A stretch of DNA of 64,000 nucleotides from Escherichia coli (lineage in GTDB: Bacteria > Pseudomonadota > Gammaproteobacteria > Enterobacterales > Enterobacteriaceae), in assembly GCF_003334785.1 (NCBI RefSeq), contig NZ_QOWV01000008.1, one strand, 5' to 3'. The translations under genes and the position numbers were made by a program. Below the pieces are notes generated by a model that saw only the letters and a program-made list of their open reading frames with translations, ran no database searches and was not told where the DNA came from. Below are positions 1 to 9,738 of the stretch, piece by piece (position 1 is the first letter of the stretch; each line of letters starts with the position of its first letter).

Positions 1-1605
1 GTCAATTTGTTCCGCCAGCGACTGCGCCGTGTCGGTGCTCATCAGCCCGGCAATGGGTAACGGCAGATGACTTTGTACCTGGCCGTTACGTACCACGCAC
101 AGCCCGCCGCCATCCTGAATCACCTGATTGACCGCCAGCGCCATCTCTTCGGCACTGCGACCGATCACCACAATATTATGGCTGTCATGGCTGACCGTCG
201 CAGCCAGCGCACCTTCATTCAGTCCAAAGCCGCCAAGCAAACCACAAGCCGGAGCCAGCCGTTGCCCGTAACGCTCAAGTACGGCAATAAAGCTCACATC
301 ATCGCGATCAAAACCATTTTCGCTGTAGACGCTGGAGTGGGAGTGCGTAATCAATTCGTTATGGATGACGTCAATGACCCGATAGCGTTTTCCGGGCGTA
401 AATTGCAGGGCAAAGTCGCTGGCGGAAACTGGCTGGCGGGCAATGGTGTTGCCATATGGCGGAGCGGATTGTGCCAGTCTCGCCGACTCTTCCGCCTGTA
501 AGGTTTGCGCATCAATCGGCTCGCCTTTCACCAGTACCTGCTGCACCGTGACCTTACGCGCATCGCTCAACAGGACGATATCGGCCTGCTTGCCGGGTGC
601 CAGTAAGCCGAGGTGATTCAGACCAAAGTGGCGCGCCGTCGACCAGCTGGCGACGCGATATGCCACATGCAGCGGCACATTGTGTTGTTCGATCAGGCGG
701 CGAATTAAGGCATCGATGTGTCCTTCATGGGCGATCTCCCACGGGTTACGGTCATCGGTACAGAGCATGCATTGCGGGCTGTTAAATTCGTTGATCAACG
801 GTGCCAGCGCGTTGAGATTGCGGGCAGCGGACCCTTCGCGGATCATCAACGACATGCCGAGTTGTAATTTCCGGCGTCCTTCTTCCAGCTGATAACTTTC
901 GTGGCAGTTTTCAATACCCGCAGTAATATAGGCGTTAAGTTCTTTACCACCCAAACCCGGGCAGTGACCGTCCAGCGTCAGGTGGCGAAATGCATCCAGT
1001 TTATCGAGCAGCGCATTCTGCCCGCTAATTACGCCAGGGTAGTCCATCATTTCTGCAAGGCCGGTAACCTGCGGATGGTCCCGCCAGGCGAGCATCTGTT
1101 CAAGGGTAAAACTGGCACCGTTAACATCGCAGCCTTCCAGGGCGGGTACGCAAGAGCTGACCTGTAAGTACTGGTTTTGCCTTGCCTGTTCGGCACAGCG
1201 GGCAAACCAGGCGAATCCGGCTTCGCCCATCACGTTGACGATTTCATGAGGGTCGCAAATAACGGTCGTCAGGCCGCGCGGCAGGGTAGCGGTTTCAAAA
1301 GTGACCGGCGTCATCATGCTGGATTCAATATGCAGGTGAGCATCAATAAACCCTGGCACCGCCGTTGCGCCGCGAGCATCAATCCGCTGCAAAGCCGGAG
1401 CATCAGTGTATTCTGCGCCAACACCGGCAATGTAACGTCCTTTAATCACAATTGGGCCGGAAATTTCTCCGCCATTGATCAGGTCGAGAATAGAGACATT
1501 ATCAATAATATAATCGGCAACAGCGTCGCCACGGGAAACGGCTAACAATTCCTGGTATTCAGCCCGGCTAATGTGATGAAATTTATGGTTAATAGAATTA
1601 TTCAT
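1..1605 (-). CDS. ade: adenine deaminase, 3' end cut by window edge
   Basis: Reverse-strand reading from ATG at 1603-1605 gives [21 protein letters not shown]... open to position 1; absent from ORF track because the stop lies outside the window; plus-strand ORFs listed here are shadow frames. Confidence 0.85.
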
Positions 1606-1779
1606 ATTTTTCTCATTTTGATTTTATCAATTTGATTATTATTTATCATAAAGAAACGTCGCGAGATTATTAAAGAATATCCATTAATGTGCAATTGAAA
1701 TGTGATAATTATCACTGAACCGTTGTTGTCATTTGTTTTACAAAAGCAAGGGATTAAATCTCCTCCAATGGACAAAAAA

Positions 1780-3114
1780 ATGAATAATGACAATACCGAT
1801 TACGTGAGTAATGAATCAGGGACGCTTTCGCGATTATTTAAACTACCTCAGCATGGGACCACCGTCCGCACAGAATTGATTGCGGGGATGACCACTTTTT
1901 TAACCATGGTGTACATCGTTTTTGTGAACCCGCAAATCCTCGGCGCGGCACAAATGGACCCGAAAGTGGTGTTTGTTACCACCTGTTTGATTGCCGGTAT
2001 CGGCAGTATTGCGATGGGGATATTTGCTAACTTACCCGTGGCGCTGGCTCCGGCAATGGGGCTGAACGCCTTCTTTGCCTTCGTGGTCGTGGGGGCGATG
2101 GGCATCTCCTGGCAGACCGGGATGGGCGCAATATTCTGGGGCGCAGTTGGACTATTTTTGCTCACGCTGTTTCGTATCCGGTACTGGATGATCTCCAACA
2201 TTCCCTTAAGTTTACGTATTGGTATCACCAGCGGAATTGGATTATTTATCGCCTTAATGGGATTAAAAAATACTGGCGTTATTGTCGCCAATAAAGACAC
2301 GCTGGTGATGATTGGCGATTTAAGTTCTCACGGCGTGTTGTTAGGTATTTTAGGGTTTTTTATTATAACCGTGTTGTCATCACGTCATTTTCATGCCGCG
2401 GTGCTGGTTTCTATTGTGGTGACGTCTTGCTGTGGATTATTTTTCGGTGATGTTCATTTTAGCGGCGTCTATTCCATTCCGCCTGATATTAGCGGCGTCA
2501 TTGGTGAAGTAGATTTGAGCGGCGCGTTAACACTTGAACTCGCCGGTATCATTTTCTCCTTTATGCTGATCAACCTATTTGATTCATCAGGAACATTAAT
2601 TGGTGTAACTGATAAAGCGGGCTTAATAGATGGTAACGGTAAATTCCCCAATATGAATAAGGCGCTGTATGTTGATAGCGTCAGTTCGGTGGCGGGTGCG
2701 TTTATCGGCACCTCGTCTGTTACTGCCTATATTGAAAGTACTTCTGGTGTGGCAGTCGGTGGCCGCACGGGGCTGACTGCGGTTGTGGTTGGCGTTATGT
2801 TCCTGTTGGTTATGTTCTTCTCACCGCTGGTGGCGATAGTTCCTCCTTACGCAACCGCCGGAGCGTTAATCTTTGTTGGCGTGCTGATGACTTCGAGCCT
2901 GGCGCGCGTTAACTGGGATGATTTTACCGAATCGGTGCCTGCGTTTATTACCACGGTGATGATGCCCTTTACTTTCTCGATCACCGAAGGGATTGCACTC
3001 GGCTTTATGTCGTACTGCATCATGAAAGTATGCACCGGGCGCTGGCGCGATCTGAACCTGTGTGTGGTGGTGGTCGCAGCTCTGTTTGCACTGAAGATTA
3101 TTCTGGTGGATTAG
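1780..3114 (+). CDS. adeQ: adenine permease (NCS2/AzgA family)
   Basis: ORF 1702..3114; internal ATG at 1780 (MNNDNTDYVSNESG...) gives 444 aa, the length I recall for YicO/AdeQ; multi-pass hydrophobic profile. Confidence 0.8.
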   Translation: MNNDNTDYVSNESGTLSRLFKLPQHGTTVRTELIAGMTTFLTMVYIVFVNPQILGAAQMDPKVVFVTTCLIAGIGSIAMGIFANLPVALAPAMGLNAFFAFVVVGAMGISWQTGMGAIFWGAVGLFLLTLFRIRYWMISNIPLSLRIGITSGIGLFIALMGLKNTGVIVANKDTLVMIGDLSSHGVLLGILGFFIITVLSSRHFHAAVLVSIVVTSCCGLFFGDVHFSGVYSIPPDISGVIGEVDLSGALTLELAGIIFSFMLINLFDSSGTLIGVTDKAGLIDGNGKFPNMNKALYVDSVSSVAGAFIGTSSVTAYIESTSGVAVGGRTGLTAVVVGVMFLLVMFFSPLVAIVPPYATAGALIFVGVLMTSSLARVNWDDFTESVPAFITTVMMPFTFSITEGIALGFMSYCIMKVCTGRWRDLNLCVVVVAALFALKIILVD

Positions 3115-3139
3115 TAACTGGCGAGGGTTTCCAGATATC

Positions 3140-3619
3140 ATGAGTTCTGATTACGCAGGAGAACTCATGATCTGGATAATGCTCGCCACGCTGGCGGTAG
3201 TGTTTGTGGTTGGTTTTCGGGTGCTGACATCCGGGGCCAGAAAAGCGATTCGCCGTCTCAGCGATCGGCTGAACATCGATGTCGTACCCGTGGAGTCGAT
3301 GGTCGATCAAATGGGAAAGTCAGCTGGTGACGAATTTTTACGTTATTTGCATCGTCCGGATGAGTCGCACCTGCAAAACGCCGCGCAGGTGTTGCTCATC
3401 TGGCAAATTGTCATTGTCGATGGTAGCGAACAGAACCTGCTGCAATGGCATCGGATTTTACAAAAAGCTCGCCTCGCCGCGCCGATTACCGACGCTCAGG
3501 TCAGGCTGGCGCTAGGTTTTCTGCGCGAAACCGAACCTGAAATGCAGGATATTAATGCTTTTCAGATGCGCTATAACGCGTTCTTTCAGCCTGCCGAGGG
3601 CGTTCACTGGTTGCATTGA
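3140..3619 (+). CDS. yicN: DUF1198-type small inner membrane protein
   Basis: 159-aa ORF with N-terminal TM helix; position after adeQ as in E. coli. Confidence 0.55.
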   Translation: MSSDYAGELMIWIMLATLAVVFVVGFRVLTSGARKAIRRLSDRLNIDVVPVESMVDQMGKSAGDEFLRYLHRPDESHLQNAAQVLLIWQIVIVDGSEQNLLQWHRILQKARLAAPITDAQVRLALGFLRETEPEMQDINAFQMRYNAFFQPAEGVHWLH

Positions 3620-3627
3620 AACCGTTT

Positions 3628-3695
3628 CGTCTTATCAGCCTACAGACCGCGCCTGACCTGTCGGGTGGATAAGACGTTCACGCCGCATCCGGTAA
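3628..3695. repeat. REP-like extragenic palindromic element
   Basis: gtcttatcagcctaca ... ggtggataagacgttcacgccgcatccggtaa; reverse complement resembles the REP consensus gccggatgcggcgtgaacgccttatcc. Confidence 0.5.
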
Positions 3696-3829
3696 TCTTT
3701 GCCCTGTTCCGTTTCGATCTTAACTCCAGCTCAAGCAACACCGTAAAAGTTGCAAAAACGTTAAATGCGTCACACATTTCAATGTTAAAGTGGTCGGCTT
3801 TTCCCCTGAAACATGCCACGGGTAACACC

Positions 3830-5020
3830 ATGAGTGAATTTATTGCCGAAAACCGCGGCGCGGATGCCATCACCCGACCGAACTGGTCAGCCGTTTTCTC
3901 GGTGGCGTTTTGTGTCGCCTGTCTGATTATCGTTGAGTTTTTGCCCGTCAGTTTGTTGACGCCAATGGCCCAGGATTTAGGCATTTCGGAAGGGGTTGCC
4001 GGGCAATCGGTGACCGTGACCGCCTTTGTGGCAATGTTTGCCAGTTTGTTTATTACCCAGACAATTCAGGCTACTGACCGCCGCTACGTTGTTATTTTGT
4101 TTGCCGTTTTGCTGACGCTCTCCTGCTTGCTGGTTTCCTTTGCTAACTCATTCAGTTTGCTTTTAATCGGTCGTGCCTGTCTGGGGCTGGCGCTGGGCGG
4201 GTTCTGGGCGATGTCGGCGTCGCTGACCATGCGTCTGGTGCCGCCGCGTACGGTGCCGAAGGCGCTGTCGGTGATCTTCGGCGCGGTTTCTATTGCGCTG
4301 GTGATTGCCGCGCCGTTGGGCAGTTTTTTAGGCGAGCTTATCGGTTGGCGCAATGTCTTTAATGCGGCGGCGGTGATGGGCGTGCTGTGTATTTTCTGGA
4401 TTATCAAATCATTGCCTTCACTGCCAGGCGAACCCTCGCATCAGAAACAAAATACTTTCCGCTTATTACAACGTCCGGGTGTGATGGCAGGGATGATCGC
4501 CATCTTCATGTCTTTCGCCGGGCAGTTTGCTTTCTTCACGTATATTCGCCCGGTGTATATGAACCTGGCGGGATTCGGCGTGGATGGCTTAACGCTGGTG
4601 CTGTTGAGTTTTGGTATCGCCAGCTTTATTGGTACGTCGCTTTCGTCGTTCATTCTTAAACGTTCGGTAAAACTGGCCTTAGCAGGCGCGCCGTTAATAC
4701 TGGCTGTGAGTGCGTTGGTACTGACGTTGTGGGGAAGCGATAAAATCGTTGCTACCGGCGTGGCGATTATCTGGGGGCTAACTTTTGCATTGGTTCCCGT
4801 CGGCTGGTCAACGTGGATCACCCGCTCGCTGGCCGATCAGGCAGAAAAAGCCGGGTCTATTCAGGTGGCGGTTATTCAGCTTGCTAATACCTGTGGCGCG
4901 GCAATCGGCGGTTATGCGCTGGATAATATTGGTCTGACTTCGCCGTTGATGTTGTCCGGCACATTGATGTTGCTGACTGCATTGTTGGTTACTGCAAAGG
5001 TGAAAATGAAGAAATCCTGA
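3830..5020 (+). CDS. nepI: MFS purine ribonucleoside efflux pump
   Basis: ORF 3665..5020; ATG at 3830 ([10 protein letters not shown]...) gives 396 aa; 12-TM MFS profile; upstream part of ORF overlaps the REP element. Confidence 0.75.
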   Translation: MSEFIAENRGADAITRPNWSAVFSVAFCVACLIIVEFLPVSLLTPMAQDLGISEGVAGQSVTVTAFVAMFASLFITQTIQATDRRYVVILFAVLLTLSCLLVSFANSFSLLLIGRACLGLALGGFWAMSASLTMRLVPPRTVPKALSVIFGAVSIALVIAAPLGSFLGELIGWRNVFNAAAVMGVLCIFWIIKSLPSLPGEPSHQKQNTFRLLQRPGVMAGMIAIFMSFAGQFAFFTYIRPVYMNLAGFGVDGLTLVLLSFGIASFIGTSLSSFILKRSVKLALAGAPLILAVSALVLTLWGSDKIVATGVAIIWGLTFALVPVGWSTWITRSLADQAEKAGSIQVAVIQLANTCGAAIGGYALDNIGLTSPLMLSGTLMLLTALLVTAKVKMKKS

Positions 5021-5060
5021 TATCAGGTAAAGAAGCGTTGGTCAGTAGTTGTTGCTGTTC

Positions 5061-5354
5061 TTACATATCCGGGCATTCTACCTTACCCAACGCTTCCCAA
5101 TAATTGCTCTGATTATTACGTTCCATCGCCACGATGGCCTCGCGTATATGTTGTTTATTGTTTTCATCTGACAACATTAACTTTTCCCACGCTTCATCTG
5201 ATAATGACGCCTGTGGCGTGCAAATTTTACGTAAATCTTGTAATACCGTGGTTTTCTCTTTTGCGGACTGCAGTGAGCTAAAAGGCGACTCGGCGTATAC
5301 GATGCCTGGCATAGCGAAAAAAGTGAAAATAAGCAGTAGTGTCGTTGGTTTCAT
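5061..5354 (-). CDS. yicS: small secreted protein (signal peptide)
   Basis: 97-aa ORF, N-terminal signal-like MKPTTLLLIFTFFAMPGIVYA. Confidence 0.55.
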   Translation of the reverse strand: MKPTTLLLIFTFFAMPGIVYAESPFSSLQSAKEKTTVLQDLRKICTPQASLSDEAWEKLMLSDENNKQHIREAIVAMERNNQSNYWEALGKVECPDM

Positions 5355-5575
5355 GGATTCAACCTTTTACAAATGTGTATCGAATGAAGCATAAGTGTAG
5401 TTTGCTTTCATCGCTCTCATCATGCTGTACGAAACGCGCTTGCGTGGTCAGTAAGAAGTGCCAGACTTTATATTCCACTTTTATTCCTTTTTATTCTTAT
5501 CGATAGCGTTTCGTTTTTTAAACCGCAGCGACCTTACCGCTATAGTCAGGTAATCATTAATAAAAGGATAAAAAA

Positions 5576-6394
5576 ATGAAACTGACAACACATCATCTAC
5601 GGACAGGGGCCGCATTATTGCTGGCCGGAATTCTGCTGGCAGGTTGCGACCAGAGTAGCAGCGATGCAAAACACATTAAAGTTGGCGTTATAAATGGCGC
5701 AGAACAAGATGTCGCGGAAGTCGCTAAAAAGGTGGCAAAAGAGAAATATGGCCTCGATGTTGAACTGGTAGGATTTAGCGGTTCGTTGCTACCGAACGAT
5801 GCGACAAATCATGGCGAACTTGATGCGAATGTCTTCCAGCATCGACCCTTTCTTGAACAAGATAATCAGGCGCATGGTTATAAACTGGTAGCGGTGGGAA
5901 ATACGTTTGTCTTCCCTATGGCGGGTTATTCCAAAAAAATCAAAACCGTGGCGCAAATAAAAGAAGGCGCGACAGTGGCGATCCCCAACGACCCGACCAA
6001 CCTTGGTCGCGCACTTTTACTGTTGCAAAAAGAGAAGCTAATTACTCTGAAAGAGGGAAAAGGGTTATTACCTACCGCGCTGGATATAACCGATAATCCT
6101 CGTCATTTGCAGATTATGGAACTCGAGGGGGCGCAGCTCCCGCGCGTACTGGATGATCCCAAAGTTGATGTAGCGATTATCAGCACCACTTACATTCAGC
6201 AGACCGGGCTTTCTCCGGTGCACGACAGCGTATTTATTGAAGATAAGAATTCGCCGTATGTGAATATTTTGGTGGCACGGGAAGATAATAAGAATGCAGA
6301 AAACGTGAAGGAATTTCTGCAATCTTATCAATCACCCGAAGTCGCTAAAGCGGCAGAAACCATTTTTAACGGTGGCGCGGTGCCTGGCTGGTAA
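5576..6394 (+). CDS. nlpA: lipoprotein-28, methionine-binding NlpA family
   Basis: 272 aa, lipobox LLAGC near N-terminus, MetQ/NlpA-like sequence. Confidence 0.8.
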   Translation: MKLTTHHLRTGAALLLAGILLAGCDQSSSDAKHIKVGVINGAEQDVAEVAKKVAKEKYGLDVELVGFSGSLLPNDATNHGELDANVFQHRPFLEQDNQAHGYKLVAVGNTFVFPMAGYSKKIKTVAQIKEGATVAIPNDPTNLGRALLLLQKEKLITLKEGKGLLPTALDITDNPRHLQIMELEGAQLPRVLDDPKVDVAIISTTYIQQTGLSPVHDSVFIEDKNSPYVNILVAREDNKNAENVKEFLQSYQSPEVAKAAETIFNGGAVPGW

Positions 6395-6397
6395 TTC

Positions 6398-7321
6398 TCA
6401 CTTATGCCGCGCCGGACGATTTATTTTTCTGGCGCGGCGACGGGAATCCATTGAAATCAAAATCACCGATGACAGAATCAGCAGCGTTCCCAGCCAGTCC
6501 GGTAATGTGAACGTGATCCCCAGCAACAGCAAAGAGAGTAGCGCGCTACTTAATGGTTCTGCACAGCTCAAAATGCTGGCTTTTGGACCGCCAATTAATT
6601 GTGCTCCTTTCAGGTACAGACTAAATGTCAGGGACGTACCAATGACCACCAAATAAAAAAACGCCAGAATCAAACTGCCGTTAACGACAAAGTTTGTTCC
6701 TTGTCTGGCATAAAAAGGCAACAGAATCAGACCGCCAATCAGCATACTCCAGCCGACGACTGGTAACGTGCCATAGCGGGCAATTAGCGTTGAGGGATAG
6801 GTGGTATAGAATGCAGCAGCAAATGCCGAGGCAATGCCCCAGAACAACGCGGCAGGAGAGATCGATAATGACGTCGGATTACCGTGTGTCACCAATAAAA
6901 AAGTCCCGACCAGCGATGTCAAAATAGCGCAGAAAACCAGAATGCCCGGGCGCGATTTACGCACCAGTGAGAACCAGGCGACGATAATCGTCGGTGAGAG
7001 GAATTGCAGCACCGTTGCCGTGGCTGCGTTCGATTTTTCGATGGTTAGCAAAAAAGTGAGCTGTACAGTTAGCGCGCCAACCACGGAAAAAATCAGCAGG
7101 CTAATGGCATCTTTATGATTGTTAATAATAGAAAAGATTTTATCGCCATGAACAAATGACAGCGTCAGTAGAATCAAACCGGCGAATATCAAACGCGTCA
7201 TAGTCAAAAACTGCGACGACATCTGGCTTTGCTCCATGATGTATTGCGCGCAGACCCCTGAACTTCCCCACAACACGGCGGCAATCAGAACGTTCAGCAT
7301 CCCCTTTCTGGTGGAACCCAT
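6398..7321 (-). CDS. yicL: EamA/DMT family transporter
   Basis: 307 aa, ~10 TM segments, position between nlpA and setC. Confidence 0.7.
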
Positions 7322-7431
7322 TTTTCCCTCTGCATACTGTTTTGTCGTTTATGTATGCAGGCATGATAGCAAAAATGGCGAGGATGGCTCTGTTTGCGCC
7401 ACGCCGATTTTTCTTAGCCCAGACTGGTGAG

Positions 7432-8616
7432 CTAAATATCTTTAATAAACAGCAGGCAAATCATCGCAATACCCAACATCCCTATCGCCAGCCAGAACAA
7501 CGCATGGTAGCTCCAGATTTCAACCATAATTCCGTCAACAGAGCCGGCGATAATCCAGCCGACGCGTGAAGTATTTGCATATAACGTTGTCGCAGAGCCT
7601 ATTTTTTCAGGCATCAAGTCCTGAAAATAAAGCATGCCGATACCACAGAGAATACCAAGGAAGATGGCATTAAGAATTTGCAATTCCAGCTCAACCGCCG
7701 GAGTCGTCGCCATGAGTACGCTGGCGTAAAAACACATTCCACTCACGATAGCAATGAGCATTAATAGTCGCTTGCCAATACGTTTCATGTAATAGCCTGC
7801 GATTAACATCATCGGAATTTCCAGACCGGCAGCGATACCAATCATTTCTCCAGCCAGTTTATCGGTTAGATGCAGTTCATCAATAATAAATAGCGGCATA
7901 TTTATCATGTAGAGATTATTCGCCGCCCACATCATTGAACAGACCACAAAAAGTAGCCGCGTATCCCGCTTCCTGTGGGTGGAGGGTAAAATTTCTACGG
8001 GTTGGGTAACGACAGGAATATTTCTTTGTATTGATGGCAAAAACAACCAGACTATCAGTCCGCAAACAACAAATGCGATGGCAGCGGTGAGATACATCAC
8101 TTTAAAACTAAATCCCATTGCCAGTTCATAAGCGAGCGGTGGCCCGATAACCCAGGCAAGCGAGATCTGAGCACGTAAAAATGTACTGAACATGACCGTC
8201 TCACGGCCTGTTCTGTCGGCGTGTTCACGGGCGAGGGCGAACATTTGCGGGTTTGCGGTGGAAGCAAAACTACTCAGAAGTACGCCCGTTGAGAGGAGAA
8301 TGAAGTAGTTGCGATTCCACGCAAAAAGCGTGCAGGCCAGCACTCCAAATAAGCAACATAGCAGAATCAGTAATTTACGGTCGCCTTGTTTATCGGAGTG
8401 CCTTGCCAGAAATTGACTGACCAGAATTCCCATAATAGCGCTACCGGTGAAGAAAAAACCTACCATTATAGGACGGGCTTTCAGTTCATCTGCGAGGAAT
8501 ATACTTAGGGTAGGAGTCTGAAGAGCGCCCGCAATACCCGTCAGAAAGGCGACAAGTAAAAATGCCGCGGCAGTGAGATCAAGTATTTTTGATGGAGTGG
8601 TAGCCGTTTTTTGCAT
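7432..8616 (-). CDS. setC: MFS sugar efflux transporter SetC
   Basis: 394 aa, 12-TM MFS; neighbour of selC in E. coli. Confidence 0.8.
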   Translation of the reverse strand: MQKTATTPSKILDLTAAAFLLVAFLTGIAGALQTPTLSIFLADELKARPIMVGFFFTGSAIMGILVSQFLARHSDKQGDRKLLILLCCLFGVLACTLFAWNRNYFILLSTGVLLSSFASTANPQMFALAREHADRTGRETVMFSTFLRAQISLAWVIGPPLAYELAMGFSFKVMYLTAAIAFVVCGLIVWLFLPSIQRNIPVVTQPVEILPSTHRKRDTRLLFVVCSMMWAANNLYMINMPLFIIDELHLTDKLAGEMIGIAAGLEIPMMLIAGYYMKRIGKRLLMLIAIVSGMCFYASVLMATTPAVELELQILNAIFLGILCGIGMLYFQDLMPEKIGSATTLYANTSRVGWIIAGSVDGIMVEIWSYHALFWLAIGMLGIAMICLLFIKDI

Positions 8617-9248
8617 TCTTCTGAATCACCGGGCGAAAAAATATAACTGAGTTACAAATAAGTACCAGTCGAATGAGTATTGTATTAAGAATTTTTGAGT
8701 ATCGCTGATACAACCAGAAAGCAATGCTAGCGCAATATTATAGGGCCAGCAATTGAGATTATTAGTAAAAGCATGTTAAGAATTAATTACCGAATTTATA
8801 TATTAATTATAGTAAGGCAATGAGCTATTTTTGATAGTAAAAATAAAACAAGTTGATTTGATATATTAAATGAACAAATTAATCTTGATGGCAGTCTGAT
8901 TATTGGTGAAGTTTATAGTCAGTTTTTTTCGCCAGCGGTTAAAGAAATAGAATAGTCGTATAAAAAAGGGTGTTCTGGGGCGAGTAAAACAACATCTTCA
9001 CCTTAATGGCGATACAGTTGGCTGAGAGTCAGCAGGGGGGCAAATCACCTGCAAATAAACACGGCGCATACTGGCGTGAATATCGCGGATGCGTTCGAGG
9101 ACAGAAGAACCGACAGGCGGATTCTTCAGCCGCTCATCGTCCATCACAAAACCTTAGACCAGGTATTCCTGAAGCCGATTGAATATTGAGCAGTAGAAAA
9201 TATCTGGATTGACAGTATTACAAGGGGTTGGAGAACGTCAGGAGAGGC

Positions 9249-9273
9249 ATTTTGGCGGAAGATCACAGGAGTC
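9249..9273. repeat. attL core: duplicated 3' end of tRNA-Sec
   Basis: 25-nt attttggcggaagatcacaggagtc identical to 21074..21098; sequence diverges immediately on both sides. Confidence 0.85.
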
Positions 9274-9399
9274 AAAATTGACATATAACAATTTGATTCC
9301 AATCGTTTATATTTATCAGCTCTAATTCATTTATACACATCCTTATACACATAATATCTGTCGATTAATTTTTACACGTATCTTCACGCACGTTAACTC

Positions 9400-9700
9400 A
9401 GGAAAAAAATTTTTTTTCGAAAGAACTGTTCACACTGTTCACCTTTCTGTTTTCTCCTTTTATTTCAGTTTGATAGGTGGTGAATAATGGGTGAAGGGTG
9501 AACATTCGATTCTTCACCTCCGGCATTCTGCCGGTGTGACTTGTGCAGGGGATTAATCCTCCGCACTGAAATCACACAGGGAGAAAAAAGTTTTTTTGAT
9601 TTGATTGTTCATCTTTCGTTTTTCTCTTTTAATTTCAGTGTGATAACGGGTGAATATACGGTGAAGGGTGAACAGTGGATTGTTCACTTTCGGGGAATTC
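9400..9700. repeat. crr-like region: two ~120-bp direct repeats carrying TGTTCACC/GGTGAACA iterons
   Basis: Unit 1 about 9403..9525 and unit 2 about 9583..9700 share (a)8-9ttttttt...tgttca...tttctc...atttcagt.tgata..ggtgaa...ggtgaagggtgaaca; iteron motif matches the P4 alpha-binding repeats. Confidence 0.7.
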
Positions 9701-9705
9701 AGGGA

Positions 9706-9731
9706 TAAAAAAAGACCGGCAGATGCCGGTC
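9706..9731 (-). terminator. rho-independent terminator after alpha
   Basis: Minus-strand hairpin gaccggcatctgccggtc followed by TTTTTTTA, directly 3' of the alpha stop at 9739. Confidence 0.7.
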
Positions 9732-9738
9732 AGATGAG

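Noticed and set aside
67-1545. Five plus-strand ORFs (62-144 aa) listed in the ORF track at the left edge
   Set aside because: They lie antisense to a continuous ade reading frame on the minus strand (ATG at 1605, open to position 1); ade is missing from the track only because its stop is outside the window.
9400-9700. Possible CRISPR array suggested by repeated short motifs
   Set aside because: Repeat units are 8-9 bp iterons inside two ~120-bp direct repeats with irregular spacing, no 28-37 bp repeat/spacer periodicity and no cas genes; fits P4 crr/ori iterons.
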